Source: a virus (taxonomy: Duplodnaviria > Caudoviricetes). Taken from it: DNA of 63,118 nucleotides. A program made the translations under genes and the position numbers. The stretch's first letter is position 1. Each line of letters opens with the position of its first letter. Below are positions 8,453 to 16,950 of the stretch, piece after piece. The notes under the pieces were generated by a model. That model had not been told where the DNA came from. It made no database searches and saw only the letters and a list, made by a program, of their open reading frames with translations. Location of the stretch: IMG/VR virus record IMGVR_UViG_3300010042_000001, positions 1-63,118 of that record. One strand, 5' to 3'.

Positions 8453-8932
8453 CTACCCCTGCGGTAATTCGTCTGGGACGGCATCCTCCACCAGAATGGA
8501 CCCCCCATTTTTGTGGGGCGTTTTTTCGGGGAGTTTTGGCCTACCCCTTTTTGTGGGGGCAATTGGTGGGATCAATCCGGCCACCTCCAATTCCCGGCAG
8601 ATTTGCTGGACCCGTCTTTCGCTCATGCGAACGTGGACCGAAATGTGCTGGGTGGGGAGGCCGGCCTGCAGCAGCTCGCCGATTTGCTGGCGCTGCGTCC
8701 AGACCTCGTACTGCTGCAGCCGAGGAATACTCAGGTGCTTCCCTCCCCATTCCTGGGTGAGCTTTTTCGCGGACGATTCGCCCAGTAGCGCGACCAGGTG
8801 GTGGCCGTCCTTGACCGTCTTCGGGATGTAGCACTTGTGGAGGTCGCCGTACCACGCGGCCAACCGGATCGTTGCGGAGAAGCCAATGAGGGCCGAAATG
8901 TCGTCGAGCGTTGTGTTCTTTAGCGTCATCAT
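8453..8932 (-). CDS. Mor/C-like transcriptional activator (HTH), probable late regulator
   Basis: IG..AT..L...YG...YIP and LG...A..L...WGG..L.IP repeats, plus C-terminal HTH ...SERRVQQI. Confidence 0.7.
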   Translation of the reverse strand: MMTLKNTTLDDISALIGFSATIRLAAWYGDLHKCYIPKTVKDGHHLVALLGESSAKKLTQEWGGKHLSIPRLQQYEVWTQRQQIGELLQAGLPTQHISVHVRMSERRVQQICRELEVAGLIPPIAPTKRGRPKLPEKTPHKNGGSILVEDAVPDELPQG

Positions 8933-8959
8933 CTTTCCTTTGTTAGTCTTAGCGTTCCA

Positions 8960-9052
8960 GACGCATTCGACGCATTTGGGGCACTTTTCCTAAACTCTTT
9001 CTATGCATACAGGGAACAATAGTAAAAGTGGGTCAAATGCGTCGAATGCGTC
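8960..9052. repeat. Long inverted repeat with internal tandem repeats; candidate replication origin
   Basis: GACGCATTCGACGCATTTG at 8960-8978 and its exact reverse complement at 9034-9052, directly downstream of primase. Confidence 0.6.
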
Positions 9053-9063
9053 GAAAACTAACG

Positions 9064-11652
9064 CTAAACATCATCGAAATCGTCAGGTGTAACGCTACGC
9101 AGGGCAATTCCCCTCCGACACCGCACATCCTTCGCGTCCTTCATCGCCGGAAAACGCTGCTCCAATTTCCGACCAAGAGCCGTGCTCGACTTCACAAAAT
9201 GGAGGTTTCCACGGTTTTTTGCGAACAATTCCCAGCTCGCCCACAGGTCCACGGAGGGCGTCAACGCTGACTGATCCGTTACCACACAGCATTCGTCCAG
9301 CCACTCGGCCAGCAGATCCATCTGACCACGGTAAGCCTCGCGAGCCTCCTTGATCGCCGGAGGCGGGGCCAGGCCCTCCTTCTGGTATTTCAGTCCGGCA
9401 CGGACGAACCTGGCCAGGATGCCCGGCATTTCTGCACGCAGCTTTTCCACCCGTTTCTCGTCCTTGGCCACGGTCTTGTCGGCCTCAAAGTTGCGCTCGA
9501 AGGGCAGCAGCACCAGGCGGCGCCAGATACCGTTGTCGGTGCCGCGCACGATGGGCTTGTGGTTCGTTGGCATGAACACCGTCCAGGTCGGGATGATCTC
9601 CAGGGACTTTTTGGCATGCACGCCGCGCGCCGTGATGGCATCACCACCCGTCATGCTTTTAATCGCCCCTTCGCGCAGCTCGCCGTTTTCGTCCGGCTCG
9701 TTCACATACACGAACCGCGCGCCACGCAGCCTGACCAGATCCTCGCGGGGCCCGCCGGCATTACCGCCAATGGCATCGCGCACAAAGCTGCCGGCCTCCG
9801 CGCTCTTGGCATAGGCGCCGAAGACCTCGCGCGCTACACCGTAAAGCGTTGACTTGCCATTGCTCCCATTGCCAAACGGGATGATCAGCACGTCGGCAGT
9901 CGGGTTGCCTTGCAGAGCGTAGCCCAGCGTGCGCAGAAAGAAATTCGCCATGGGCCCGTCGCCGAAAAAGCAGTCGAGCACAGTGCTGTCGAACACAGGG
10001 CACTTCGCCAGGGGGTCGTACTCGCAACCGGCCACCATGGTGATCCGCAGCTCGGGGTCGGGATCGAGCAGTGCGCCGGACCGCAGATCCACAATGCCGT
10101 TCTTCACGCCGAGCAGATAGCTGTGCTTGTCCAGCTCGCGCGCCGGAGTGGCGACCCGTGGATCGCTACACGCCAGCTTGATCATGTTGCTCACCATCTT
10201 CGCCTGTTGGCTGATCGAGCAGAATAAGAAGAACTCGCTCGGGTCGTCGTGATCGGCGGCCTCGGCCGGCAGGTTGCGCACCGTCTCCTTTGCCAGGTGC
10301 TCGATCTCTACGTCTACGGCGGGCCGCCAGTACACCCCAGTCCACATGTACCAACTGCCCTCTTCGGGCACATACATCAGGCCGTCGCCGTAGCGGTCCA
10401 GCATGCGCTCCGCGTTCCCGAACTCGGTAAGCGGGCGGCGCGACTGGACAGTGCTTTGCCGGCGGCCCAGCACCAGCTCGCGCGCCTGGCCAATGGGCAG
10501 GTTGTGGCCAGTCAGGGCCTTGTACCGCTCCTGGAAAAGGGTGACCGCGTTGGAGCGCAAGAGCTGGTCGTCCGGCAACAAGCTGCGCAGGTGCTCCAGG
10601 AACTTCGTTCCCCCGAGGGTGGGGAGGTCTGCTACCTCGGCGATGGCCGCTTTGATGGCGTCCACGCTCTCCAGCTTGTGGGCGTGCTCGGCGTCGCGCT
10701 TCTCCTGGCCAGCGATCTTGATCAGCCAGCGCAGCGTGGTGCTCGCGCCGGAGTACCGGCCGAACGACTCCCATTTGTAGTCGTACTGGTTGGGCTTGTC
10801 CTTGTCGCTGCGCGCCCCATAGTCGCGCCACAAGTCCAGCGCGTCGTCTTCGTGCTCGGTGCCCGCGAACTCGTGGTGGAGGGCCGCGCCGACCTGGACC
10901 CACGTGTCGTAGGAATCACCGTCGTTGGCCATGTGCGCCATCAGCTCGCGCACGTCCTCAATCGACATGTCCGTCTTGTTGGAGAGCAGGGCCAGGTCGT
11001 CCACCTCGCCGACCACGGCCAGCGCAGTGCCCGACTTGCCGACGATCTCCACGCCACTCGTGCCGCGCGCCAGACGGGCTACCTCCGCGAGCAAGGCGTT
11101 CACCTGGTCCTCGGTGATCTCGGGCAGATCGGCGGCCGGCATGTTGACCATGCCATCCATGAGATCGACCCACTCGTAGTCGTTGCCCGTGTCGGGATGC
11201 TGATGGTAGGCCACGAACTGCTGCCCGAGGCCCAGGATCTCCACCTGCTGCTCGTTCTTTTTGCCTGATGGTTTCAGTGGGTCGGTCGGATCGTAGAACT
11301 GCACGCTGGCGCCCTTGGCCCAGCCGCTCGACGCAGCACGGTACACCAGCATTACGCGCGGCGCGGCCCCCACCCGTTGGATCGTGCTGCCCAGGTGCTG
11401 CTCGCACCAGTCGATGACCTTGGGGCCGATGGTGGGGTGGCTGATATCGACGTCCACGCCGACGATGGGCCACTGCCCTTGGCCACACAGCACACCCACT
11501 CCGTGGTCCCGCCACTGGGTGAGGTCGTGGGCCGTGAGGCGGGCATTTTGCCAGCCCTTTATCTGGGGGAATTTCTTGCCGCGTGGTAGCGGCAGGACGA
11601 GATAACCGTTGTCAATGAGTTGCTTGCCATAGGTCTTGAGGTGGTCGGTCAT
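9064..11652 (-). CDS. Primase-helicase (Prim-Pol + PriCT-2 + D5/P4-family SF3 helicase)
   Basis: 862 aa; DVD prim-pol motif, YDTWVQVGAALHHE, Walker A GNGSNGKST, TNHKP...D.GIWRR. Confidence 0.92.
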   Translation of the reverse strand: MTDHLKTYGKQLIDNGYLVLPLPRGKKFPQIKGWQNARLTAHDLTQWRDHGVGVLCGQGQWPIVGVDVDISHPTIGPKVIDWCEQHLGSTIQRVGAAPRVMLVYRAASSGWAKGASVQFYDPTDPLKPSGKKNEQQVEILGLGQQFVAYHQHPDTGNDYEWVDLMDGMVNMPAADLPEITEDQVNALLAEVARLARGTSGVEIVGKSGTALAVVGEVDDLALLSNKTDMSIEDVRELMAHMANDGDSYDTWVQVGAALHHEFAGTEHEDDALDLWRDYGARSDKDKPNQYDYKWESFGRYSGASTTLRWLIKIAGQEKRDAEHAHKLESVDAIKAAIAEVADLPTLGGTKFLEHLRSLLPDDQLLRSNAVTLFQERYKALTGHNLPIGQARELVLGRRQSTVQSRRPLTEFGNAERMLDRYGDGLMYVPEEGSWYMWTGVYWRPAVDVEIEHLAKETVRNLPAEAADHDDPSEFFLFCSISQQAKMVSNMIKLACSDPRVATPARELDKHSYLLGVKNGIVDLRSGALLDPDPELRITMVAGCEYDPLAKCPVFDSTVLDCFFGDGPMANFFLRTLGYALQGNPTADVLIIPFGNGSNGKSTLYGVAREVFGAYAKSAEAGSFVRDAIGGNAGGPREDLVRLRGARFVYVNEPDENGELREGAIKSMTGGDAITARGVHAKKSLEIIPTWTVFMPTNHKPIVRGTDNGIWRRLVLLPFERNFEADKTVAKDEKRVEKLRAEMPGILARFVRAGLKYQKEGLAPPPAIKEAREAYRGQMDLLAEWLDECCVVTDQSALTPSVDLWASWELFAKNRGNLHFVKSSTALGRKLEQRFPAMKDAKDVRCRRGIALRSVTPDDFDDV

Positions 11653-11670
11653 TCGTTGCTCGGTATCGTT

Positions 11671-11889
11671 CTATCGCAAGGCCGCCGGGTCGTGGCCACA
11701 GTAATCGGAGGGAGCTGGATTCTCGTCGAAGTCCACGCCCATCGCGCCGCACCAGGGGCACCGTGTCGGTTCGGACTCGTCCATTTCGGCCTGTCGTGCG
11801 GCCACGTCGTGCCGTGGGCCAACCGGGTCGCGCGAGGGGAAACGCTGCTCGAATCTCAGGGCTCGGGTTAGGTGAATCAGCTTGATCAT
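11671..11889 (-). CDS. Small Cys/His protein
   Basis: ATGA overlap; CPWC...CGH. Confidence 0.55.
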   Translation of the reverse strand: MIKLIHLTRALRFEQRFPSRDPVGPRHDVAARQAEMDESEPTRCPWCGAMGVDFDENPAPSDYCGHDPAALR

Positions 11890-12224
11890 GCTTCGTCCCC
11901 CGGCCGCCGGTCGTGCGCCCTCGCCAGATAGCCCTCTCGCAGCTTGGCGTGCAGGCCCACCGGCCACCACTGCACGAAGCCCCGCGACTTCTCGGCCGGT
12001 ATACGCACCGCAAGCCCCAGGTCCACCAGCTCCTGCAGCCGCTGACGGGCCAGGGCGTTCGCGCAGAACAGCGGCACGTGCCAGGTTCGCACGCCGTACC
12101 GCACACAGGCTTGCGTGTCATCGGCCAATGCGACCAGAGTGGCCAGGTTCTCGGTGCCACCGGAGAACTGCATGAGGCAAGCGCTGGTGAGCTTGTGCAG
12201 GTTGAGTTTTTGACGGTCGTTCAT
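11886..12224 (-). CDS. Hypothetical protein (possible winged helix)
   Basis: ATGA-coupled MNDRQKL...; RQRLQELVDLGL. Confidence 0.6.
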   Translation of the reverse strand: MNDRQKLNLHKLTSACLMQFSGGTENLATLVALADDTQACVRYGVRTWHVPLFCANALARQRLQELVDLGLAVRIPAEKSRGFVQWWPVGLHAKLREGYLARAHDRRPGDEA

Positions 12225-12373
12225 ACGTAGGGCCCCGCAGCGATAAGTGCGACCGCCCACGCGAAGAGGAACAGACTGCCCAACGGCGAGCGGTCGGAGA
12301 GGTGCGCGGCCATGAGCAGCAGGCCGGCGGCCCACAGGGCTAGGAGAATGTTGATCCAGTCGGTTGCGGTCAT
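12221..12373 (-). CDS. Small two-TM membrane protein
   Basis: Two hydrophobic stretches; ATGA overlaps. Confidence 0.6.
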   Translation of the reverse strand: MTATDWINILLALWAAGLLLMAAHLSDRSPLGSLFLFAWAVALIAAGPYV

Positions 12374-12522
12374 TTGGCTTGCTCCATCAGAAACAGAATC
12401 AACAGTACGCTCGCCGCGCCACATACTTTCGGCCATGGGCCTCTGTTTTTAGGGTCGATCAGGTCAAGCCAGCCAACCATAAAAAGCACCCAGGCGAGGC
12501 ACCACAACAGAGCGGTGCTCAC
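12370..12522 (-). CDS. Small two-TM membrane protein (50 aa, not in the track)
   Basis: GTG start MSTALLWCLAWVLF...; overlaps both neighbours. Confidence 0.55.
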   Translation of the reverse strand: MSTALLWCLAWVLFMVGWLDLIDPKNRGPWPKVCGAASVLLILFLMEQAK

Positions 12523-12773
12523 GCCGGACCCCCAATCTGCGGGGGCACCACAAACGCCACACCCTCCTGCTGGTGGATCTGCTCGGCCAGGCGGTCCTCC
12601 ACGAACTGCGATTCGGTAAAGGTCATCTGCTCAGTGGCCCCGTGGCACCACACGGTGATGGTGCGCGTTGCCGCTATCCAATCGCACCGGACTTCGATGG
12701 CGTCCACATGCTCGTTGCACACGGCGCAGCGGATGCGCAACAGGGGCTCGTTGGGGGCGAGGTTGAACATCAT
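12519..12773 (-). CDS. Hypothetical protein (CxxC)
   Basis: Operon packing; GGAG RBS. Confidence 0.6.
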   Translation of the reverse strand: MMFNLAPNEPLLRIRCAVCNEHVDAIEVRCDWIAATRTITVWCHGATEQMTFTESQFVEDRLAEQIHQQEGVAFVVPPQIGGPA

Positions 12774-13027
12774 GCCGGCTCTCCGAACCGCGCCACAACC
12801 TTCGCCCACGAACTGCGCTTACAGTCCACGAACCAGCGCACCTGGCCGACCTGTTGTGGGCCATCGAGCGTGTTGCGCGTCACCCAGTTGCCCTCGGCCT
12901 GCACCGTGATGCCGTTGATCACTCGCGTGACCGTCACACCAAACACCATACGCACGCCGCTGCTCGGCAGCTCCAGCGCCTTGATCCGCATGTTGCGCAG
13001 CTCACCCGTCGCTTTCATTTTCGCCAT
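12770..13027 (-). CDS. Hypothetical protein
   Basis: GGAGG RBS before MAKMKAT. Confidence 0.65.
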   Translation of the reverse strand: MAKMKATGELRNMRIKALELPSSGVRMVFGVTVTRVINGITVQAEGNWVTRNTLDGPQQVGQVRWFVDCKRSSWAKVVARFGEPA

Positions 13028-13158
13028 ACATCCTCCAACCATGCGGTTTCGATTTCAACCTGTCGGCAGATCCACAGCCACAGGGCCTTGGTAAGCAGGC
13101 ACGCCAGCACCAGGATGGCCAGGAGCAGCGCGGTGAAGATCAGCAGGTGCTCGATCAT
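13015..13158 (-). CDS. Small single-TM protein
   Basis: MIEHLLIFTALLLAILVLACLL; GAGG RBS. Confidence 0.55.
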   Translation of the reverse strand: MIEHLLIFTALLLAILVLACLLTKALWLWICRQVEIETAWLEDVWRK

Positions 13159-13481
13159 CGTTCGTAACCTCGTGGGCCGGGGTCGGTCCACATGTCCCGC
13201 TCGGCTGACCGCACGTGGCCTTCGGGCTTTGGCAGAGGCTGCACATCCACACCCAGCGCCACCGGCGGCATCGTCTGGCCAACGACCGACAGTTGCACTG
13301 CATGGCCAGCGTTCAGTGCAGCCAGTTCCTCGGGTGTCGGCACCCAGTAGCTGACCACCGCCGGCACGCCGTCCCACAGTACACGGGTGACGGGCAGCGC
13401 GTCGCAAGGCAGCTTGCTCTGGTCCCAGCCGGCCGGAGCGCCGAGCATCAGGTTTGTCGTTGGGTGTTTGGTGTGGTTCAT
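13155..13481 (-). CDS. Hypothetical phage protein
   Basis: AAGGA RBS; LGAPAGWD...S.W.PT.EELAALNAG...PP motif. Confidence 0.7.
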   Translation of the reverse strand: MNHTKHPTTNLMLGAPAGWDQSKLPCDALPVTRVLWDGVPAVVSYWVPTPEELAALNAGHAVQLSVVGQTMPPVALGVDVQPLPKPEGHVRSAERDMWTDPGPRGYER

Positions 13482-13483
13482 AG

Positions 13484-13795
13484 CTATCCTTTCGGCACCC
13501 GCTCCACCACAGTGATGCAGCGAACGAGGTTGGGTTGAATACGGTACATGTGCAGGGCCTCGGCCTCTGTGGCGGGCCGCCATGCGTACTGGACGCGCGT
13601 GCGCTGCTGCCACTCGACCTCTACCGGCACCTGGGCCGTGCGCAGATGGGCCAGGGGTGCGCCTGGCTTCGTGGCGTCCTCCAGGCCGGCAATGGCCGCG
13701 TCGAAAACGGCGTTGTCGTCGGTCAGGTACTTGTTCCTTCGGAACCCGCACATGAACATGGCCAGCAGGCCACGGGTGTGTTCCCAGGAGGTCAT
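13484..13795 (-). CDS. Hypothetical protein
   Basis: ATGA-coupled start MTSWEHT. Confidence 0.6.
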   Translation of the reverse strand: MTSWEHTRGLLAMFMCGFRRNKYLTDDNAVFDAAIAGLEDATKPGAPLAHLRTAQVPVEVEWQQRTRVQYAWRPATEAEALHMYRIQPNLVRCITVVERVPKG

Positions 13796-14100
13796 GGCCG
13801 AAACCCCCGGCGCTCGTGCTTCCACTGCGCCTCGCGCCGCTTGGGCGCTGGTGGCACGATGGCAAAGAATTCCTCGGCCCGCAACCGGCCCTTGTCCATT
13901 GCGGCGCACATGGCCAACATCGCAGCGGTGCTGATGCCGAGACCATCCACCACGAGGGTCATGTCCCGGCCGCCGCCGATGATGCGCGCGCCGGCCTGCA
14001 GCGGCTGGGCCAACGTCACGGTGAGGCCCTTAACATCCAGCACCTCGGACAAGTTGCCATCGGCGTCGATCAGGACGACGGTTCCGTGGTTGCTGCTCAT
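13792..14100 (-). CDS. Hypothetical protein
   Basis: ATGA overlaps. Confidence 0.6.
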   Translation of the reverse strand: MSSNHGTVVLIDADGNLSEVLDVKGLTVTLAQPLQAGARIIGGGRDMTLVVDGLGISTAAMLAMCAAMDKGRLRAEEFFAIVPPAPKRREAQWKHERRGFRP

Positions 14101-14411
14101 GGCAATTCCCCAGTCGCGACGAAGTGCTGCAGCGCCGGCAGCAGCTCGGCCACCTGCTGACGCGACAGATGCATGCGGGTGGTCAAGAACACGGCGTCGG
14201 GGATAGGGTACGGCACCCAGCCCACGGTCTCTGCCGTCTGCACGCCGTGCTGCGCCGCCTGCGAGGCCAGGATCTGTGGATCAGCGCTGGTCACCCCGAG
14301 CCATACCTTGTTTTCCGTTGCTGCGCTGCTCTTTTGCAGGCTGCAACCGGCACCGTTGGCGTCCTTGAACGTGAACAGCCGGAAACCTCGGGCGGTAGTT
14401 GTGCGGTTCAT
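14097..14411 (-). CDS. Hypothetical phage protein
   Basis: T.RGF....F.D..G..CSLQKSS.AT...WLG...TRMHL motif. Confidence 0.75.
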   Translation of the reverse strand: MNRTTTARGFRLFTFKDANGAGCSLQKSSAATENKVWLGVTSADPQILASQAAQHGVQTAETVGWVPYPIPDAVFLTTRMHLSRQQVAELLPALQHFVATGELP

Positions 14412-14656
14412 GGCTTCGCATCCCCATTGAACTTACCGCCGTTCCTGAGCCGGCCACGTGCCGCTTGTACCAGGTCAGCCGCGAACAACAGCGCCTCGTC
14501 CGGCGTCATTTCCATGCGCAGGGCGCCCACGTCGTTGATCGTGCGCTTGTCGAGGAACAACACGGAGATACCTGGGTCTCCGACCATGCGGACATGGGGC
14601 TGCTGGGTCTCGACCACCTGGGCCGATTTGAGGTTGAAATTCTTTTCGACTTGCAT
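14408..14656 (-). CDS. Hypothetical protein
   Basis: AAGGA RBS; ATGA overlap. Confidence 0.65.
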   Translation of the reverse strand: MQVEKNFNLKSAQVVETQQPHVRMVGDPGISVLFLDKRTINDVGALRMEMTPDEALLFAADLVQAARGRLRNGGKFNGDAKP

Positions 14657-14659
14657 GAG

Positions 14660-15163
14660 TCAGTCCTTGCAGTTTTCGGGCAGGCTGCTGAATGCAACCT
14701 TAAATGGGATCACCTTGGCATCCGCTGGCAGGCCCGTCTTGGGGTCGATGGGAATGGGCACAGCAGTCCAGCCCTCACCCCATCCGTCAACCGGCTTGAA
14801 ATAGGGGGCGCCCGTGAGTGGGTTGATCGGTGGGATACCGGCCTCTTCGTACTCACGCAGCTCGGCTAGGCGCTCGACAACACCTTGTACCAGGCTCTTG
14901 CCACGAACGTTCTGGTGGCGGCCGGTAGGTGTCGAGACGAGCACGGTACGCGCAGCAGGGAACGGTGTCGCACGCGCGCCGACTGATTTCATGCGCTCGA
15001 TCATTTCTTTCTGATACTGCTTCGGCTCCCAGTTGATGACGCCTGCCGTCGAGCCAGTGCCCAATGCTGCCAATTGCAGCAAGGCCGAGGTCGGTGCGTC
15101 GTAGGTCTCCAGGTCGAACCCGATGGTTCGGCGCTTCTGCAAGCGACGTTGATGTGCGTTCAT
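14660..15163 (-). CDS. Hypothetical protein
   Basis: GGAG RBS before MNAHQRR. Confidence 0.65.
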   Translation of the reverse strand: MNAHQRRLQKRRTIGFDLETYDAPTSALLQLAALGTGSTAGVINWEPKQYQKEMIERMKSVGARATPFPAARTVLVSTPTGRHQNVRGKSLVQGVVERLAELREYEEAGIPPINPLTGAPYFKPVDGWGEGWTAVPIPIDPKTGLPADAKVIPFKVAFSSLPENCKD

Positions 15164-15381
15164 AGCAGCTCGCTCCAGTCCTTGGCTTCCCACGCAGTCA
15201 TGCCCCGGCAAGCGCTGCACAGGCCGTCATAGGACGAGCCGTACCCCTGGCCACAGCCCTTGCACACCTGCTGGCCAGGATTGCGACGGCTGTACACGGG
15301 GCGGCGGTTGGCTACAGAGACCGCGTTGGCTCGGTTGCCTGCGCGGCCACGGCGGTTACCGGATTGGTTGTTGCGGCTCAT
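15160..15381 (-). CDS. Basic Zn-finger-like protein
   Basis: Arg/Asn-rich N-terminus; CKGC...CSAC. Confidence 0.6.
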   Translation of the reverse strand: MSRNNQSGNRRGRAGNRANAVSVANRRPVYSRRNPGQQVCKGCGQGYGSSYDGLCSACRGMTAWEAKDWSELL

Positions 15382-15385
15382 GGCA

Positions 15386-15700
15386 TCACCGTGGTTCGGG
15401 TGGTGGAACAGCGGTCGGGTGAACGGACTTGTGCGCTTCGAGCTTTTTGCGCATGCGTTCAACGCGATAGCCGGCGGCCACGTAGCGGTCACGTGCTTTC
15501 TCGTACTTGGTTTGTAGCGCGTCTACGCCTTCCCGCCAAGTCTGAAACAACTCGTCCTCGCGGCGGTAGAACCCGGCTTCGTCGCGCAGGGTGCCGTACG
15601 ACGAGTTGATTTCTACGATGGATATCAACCGGACATTACCGGCGCTGGTGAGCAACCATGCGCGGCAGGGTAGCTGATTTTGTTTGAGGTTATTGAACAA
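15386..15700 (-). CDS. Hypothetical protein downstream of the structured RNA leader
   Basis: TTG start with AGGAAAGG RBS. Confidence 0.6.
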   Translation of the reverse strand: MFNNLKQNQLPCRAWLLTSAGNVRLISIVEINSSYGTLRDEAGFYRREDELFQTWREGVDALQTKYEKARDRYVAAGYRVERMRKKLEAHKSVHPTAVPPPEPR

Positions 15701-15721
15701 GGCTGGCGACCTTTCCTGATC

Positions 15722-15804
15722 GCCGCGTGGTGGAGGCCCGAGAGTGGTGCGCCAGCGTTACCCCATCAATGCAGAAAGGGGCTCTCGGACCCCCGCCACG
15801 CGGC
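15722..15804 (-). ncRNA. C4/CI-like antisense RNA (83 nt)
   Basis: Stems GCCGCGTGG/CCACGCGGC, CCGAGAG/CTCTCGG and CCCC/GGGG; loops complementary to upstream and downstream sites. Confidence 0.65.
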
Positions 15805-15841
15805 TCTGCAGACGTGATGGTTTAGGGATGCTGGCGAGGTC

Positions 15842-15869
15842 AGTATATCGCAATCGCTAAAAAAGTCAC
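15842..15869 (-). promoter_or_regulatory. Sigma70 promoter with operator motif in the spacer
   Basis: GTGACT-N16-TATACT; the spacer contains TTTAGCGATTGCGA. Confidence 0.7.
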
Positions 15870-15883
15870 GCTCGTTTACAACT

Positions 15884-16027
15884 TCAAAACGGTAACTCGG
15901 GGTCGAACAGACGGCCCCACCGGCGCATGGCCCACGCGCGACGCAAGGCCACCCGAGTCGGCCGCCGCATGAGCCGAGACCGGATGACCAGCACCAGGGG
16001 CTTGTGGGGTCTCTTGCGGCAGCGCAC
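15884..16027 (-). CDS. 47-aa Arg-rich protein (tentative)
   Basis: GTG start 1 nt after the upstream stop; ends FDPELPF. Confidence 0.4.
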   Translation of the reverse strand: MRCRKRPHKPLVLVIRSRLMRRPTRVALRRAWAMRRWGRLFDPELPF

Positions 16028-16028
16028 C

Positions 16029-16250
16029 CTAGTTCATCTTCGCCGCGCGCTGCGATGGCAGCTCGACACGCAGCATGCGTTGCACGCCATCCAGAATGAA
16101 CCGGATGGTTTCCTCCCTGTTGGCGCCTTGCCGCACCATGCCCTCCAGGGTGATGCGATGGCCGATGGACAGGGCGCCAACCACGTCTGCGCTCTCCGTG
16201 CCGTCTGGAACAAGGGTGAGCATCTGTTTTGCCAAATCTCCGGGTGTCAT
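16029..16250 (-). CDS. Hypothetical protein
   Basis: AAGGA RBS; ATGA overlap. Confidence 0.6.
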   Translation of the reverse strand: MTPGDLAKQMLTLVPDGTESADVVGALSIGHRITLEGMVRQGANREETIRFILDGVQRMLRVELPSQRAAKMN

Positions 16251-16543
16251 ACCGTTTTCCTTTGCTGTTTAAATTCGTACTCTGCAATCGCCAGCTTGAC
16301 CTTGGCCACATCCACGGCCGAGACCAGACTGCTGCTCGGGCACGGTTCACCGGTCAGATAGAACCGCTTCCACGAGCCGGTGTAGAAACCCACCTCGCCG
16401 CACATGGTGCAGCGGAAAGTCCCGGTAACGAAATCCTCCTGGGCCGATTTCGTGCGCTGCACCCACTCAAGCTCGGTATCGCCCCACGGGGTGACCTCGA
16501 CCTCTTCGTAGCCGGCGGGGTAAGTCTCGTGGGGGCACGTCAT
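16247..16543 (-). CDS. Hypothetical protein (CxxC)
   Basis: ATGA overlaps. Confidence 0.65.
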   Translation of the reverse strand: MTCPHETYPAGYEEVEVTPWGDTELEWVQRTKSAQEDFVTGTFRCTMCGEVGFYTGSWKRFYLTGEPCPSSSLVSAVDVAKVKLAIAEYEFKQQRKTV

Positions 16544-16950
16544 CGTGCCTTTTCCTGGCTCAGTGCCGCAGCGCGTTCCGCTACCTCGGCCAGCGCCTCC
16601 TTGCGCCCAGCCTCTCGGCCGCTCGCTTCCCAGCGGGCGTACCGCGCGTTCAACTCGTCCTTGTTGACCACCACAGGATCACGCAGAGCGAAGGCTTGTT
16701 TGGCGACCTCTTCCCGGCGGATGATGGGTCCGAGGTCGCGCTGGATGGTGTCAAACAGCGACTCGATGCCGGCGGCGTGGGGCTGCAAGAACGACTTGCC
16801 CATCAGCTTGTAGAAGGCTTCGAGGAACGGCTGGGTGCCGTACTCCGTGAGCACGTGCAGGGCGCGGATCTCGACGCCGGTCAGCTCGATGGTCACGCTG
16901 CTGTTGACCTGTGCTTGCGAGCGCAGGCGGGTCTTTCGTTCGGCGGTCAT
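16540..16950 (-). CDS. Hypothetical protein
   Basis: GGAGGA RBS; ATGA overlaps. Confidence 0.7.
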   Translation of the reverse strand: MTAERKTRLRSQAQVNSSVTIELTGVEIRALHVLTEYGTQPFLEAFYKLMGKSFLQPHAAGIESLFDTIQRDLGPIIRREEVAKQAFALRDPVVVNKDELNARYARWEASGREAGRKEALAEVAERAAALSQEKAR

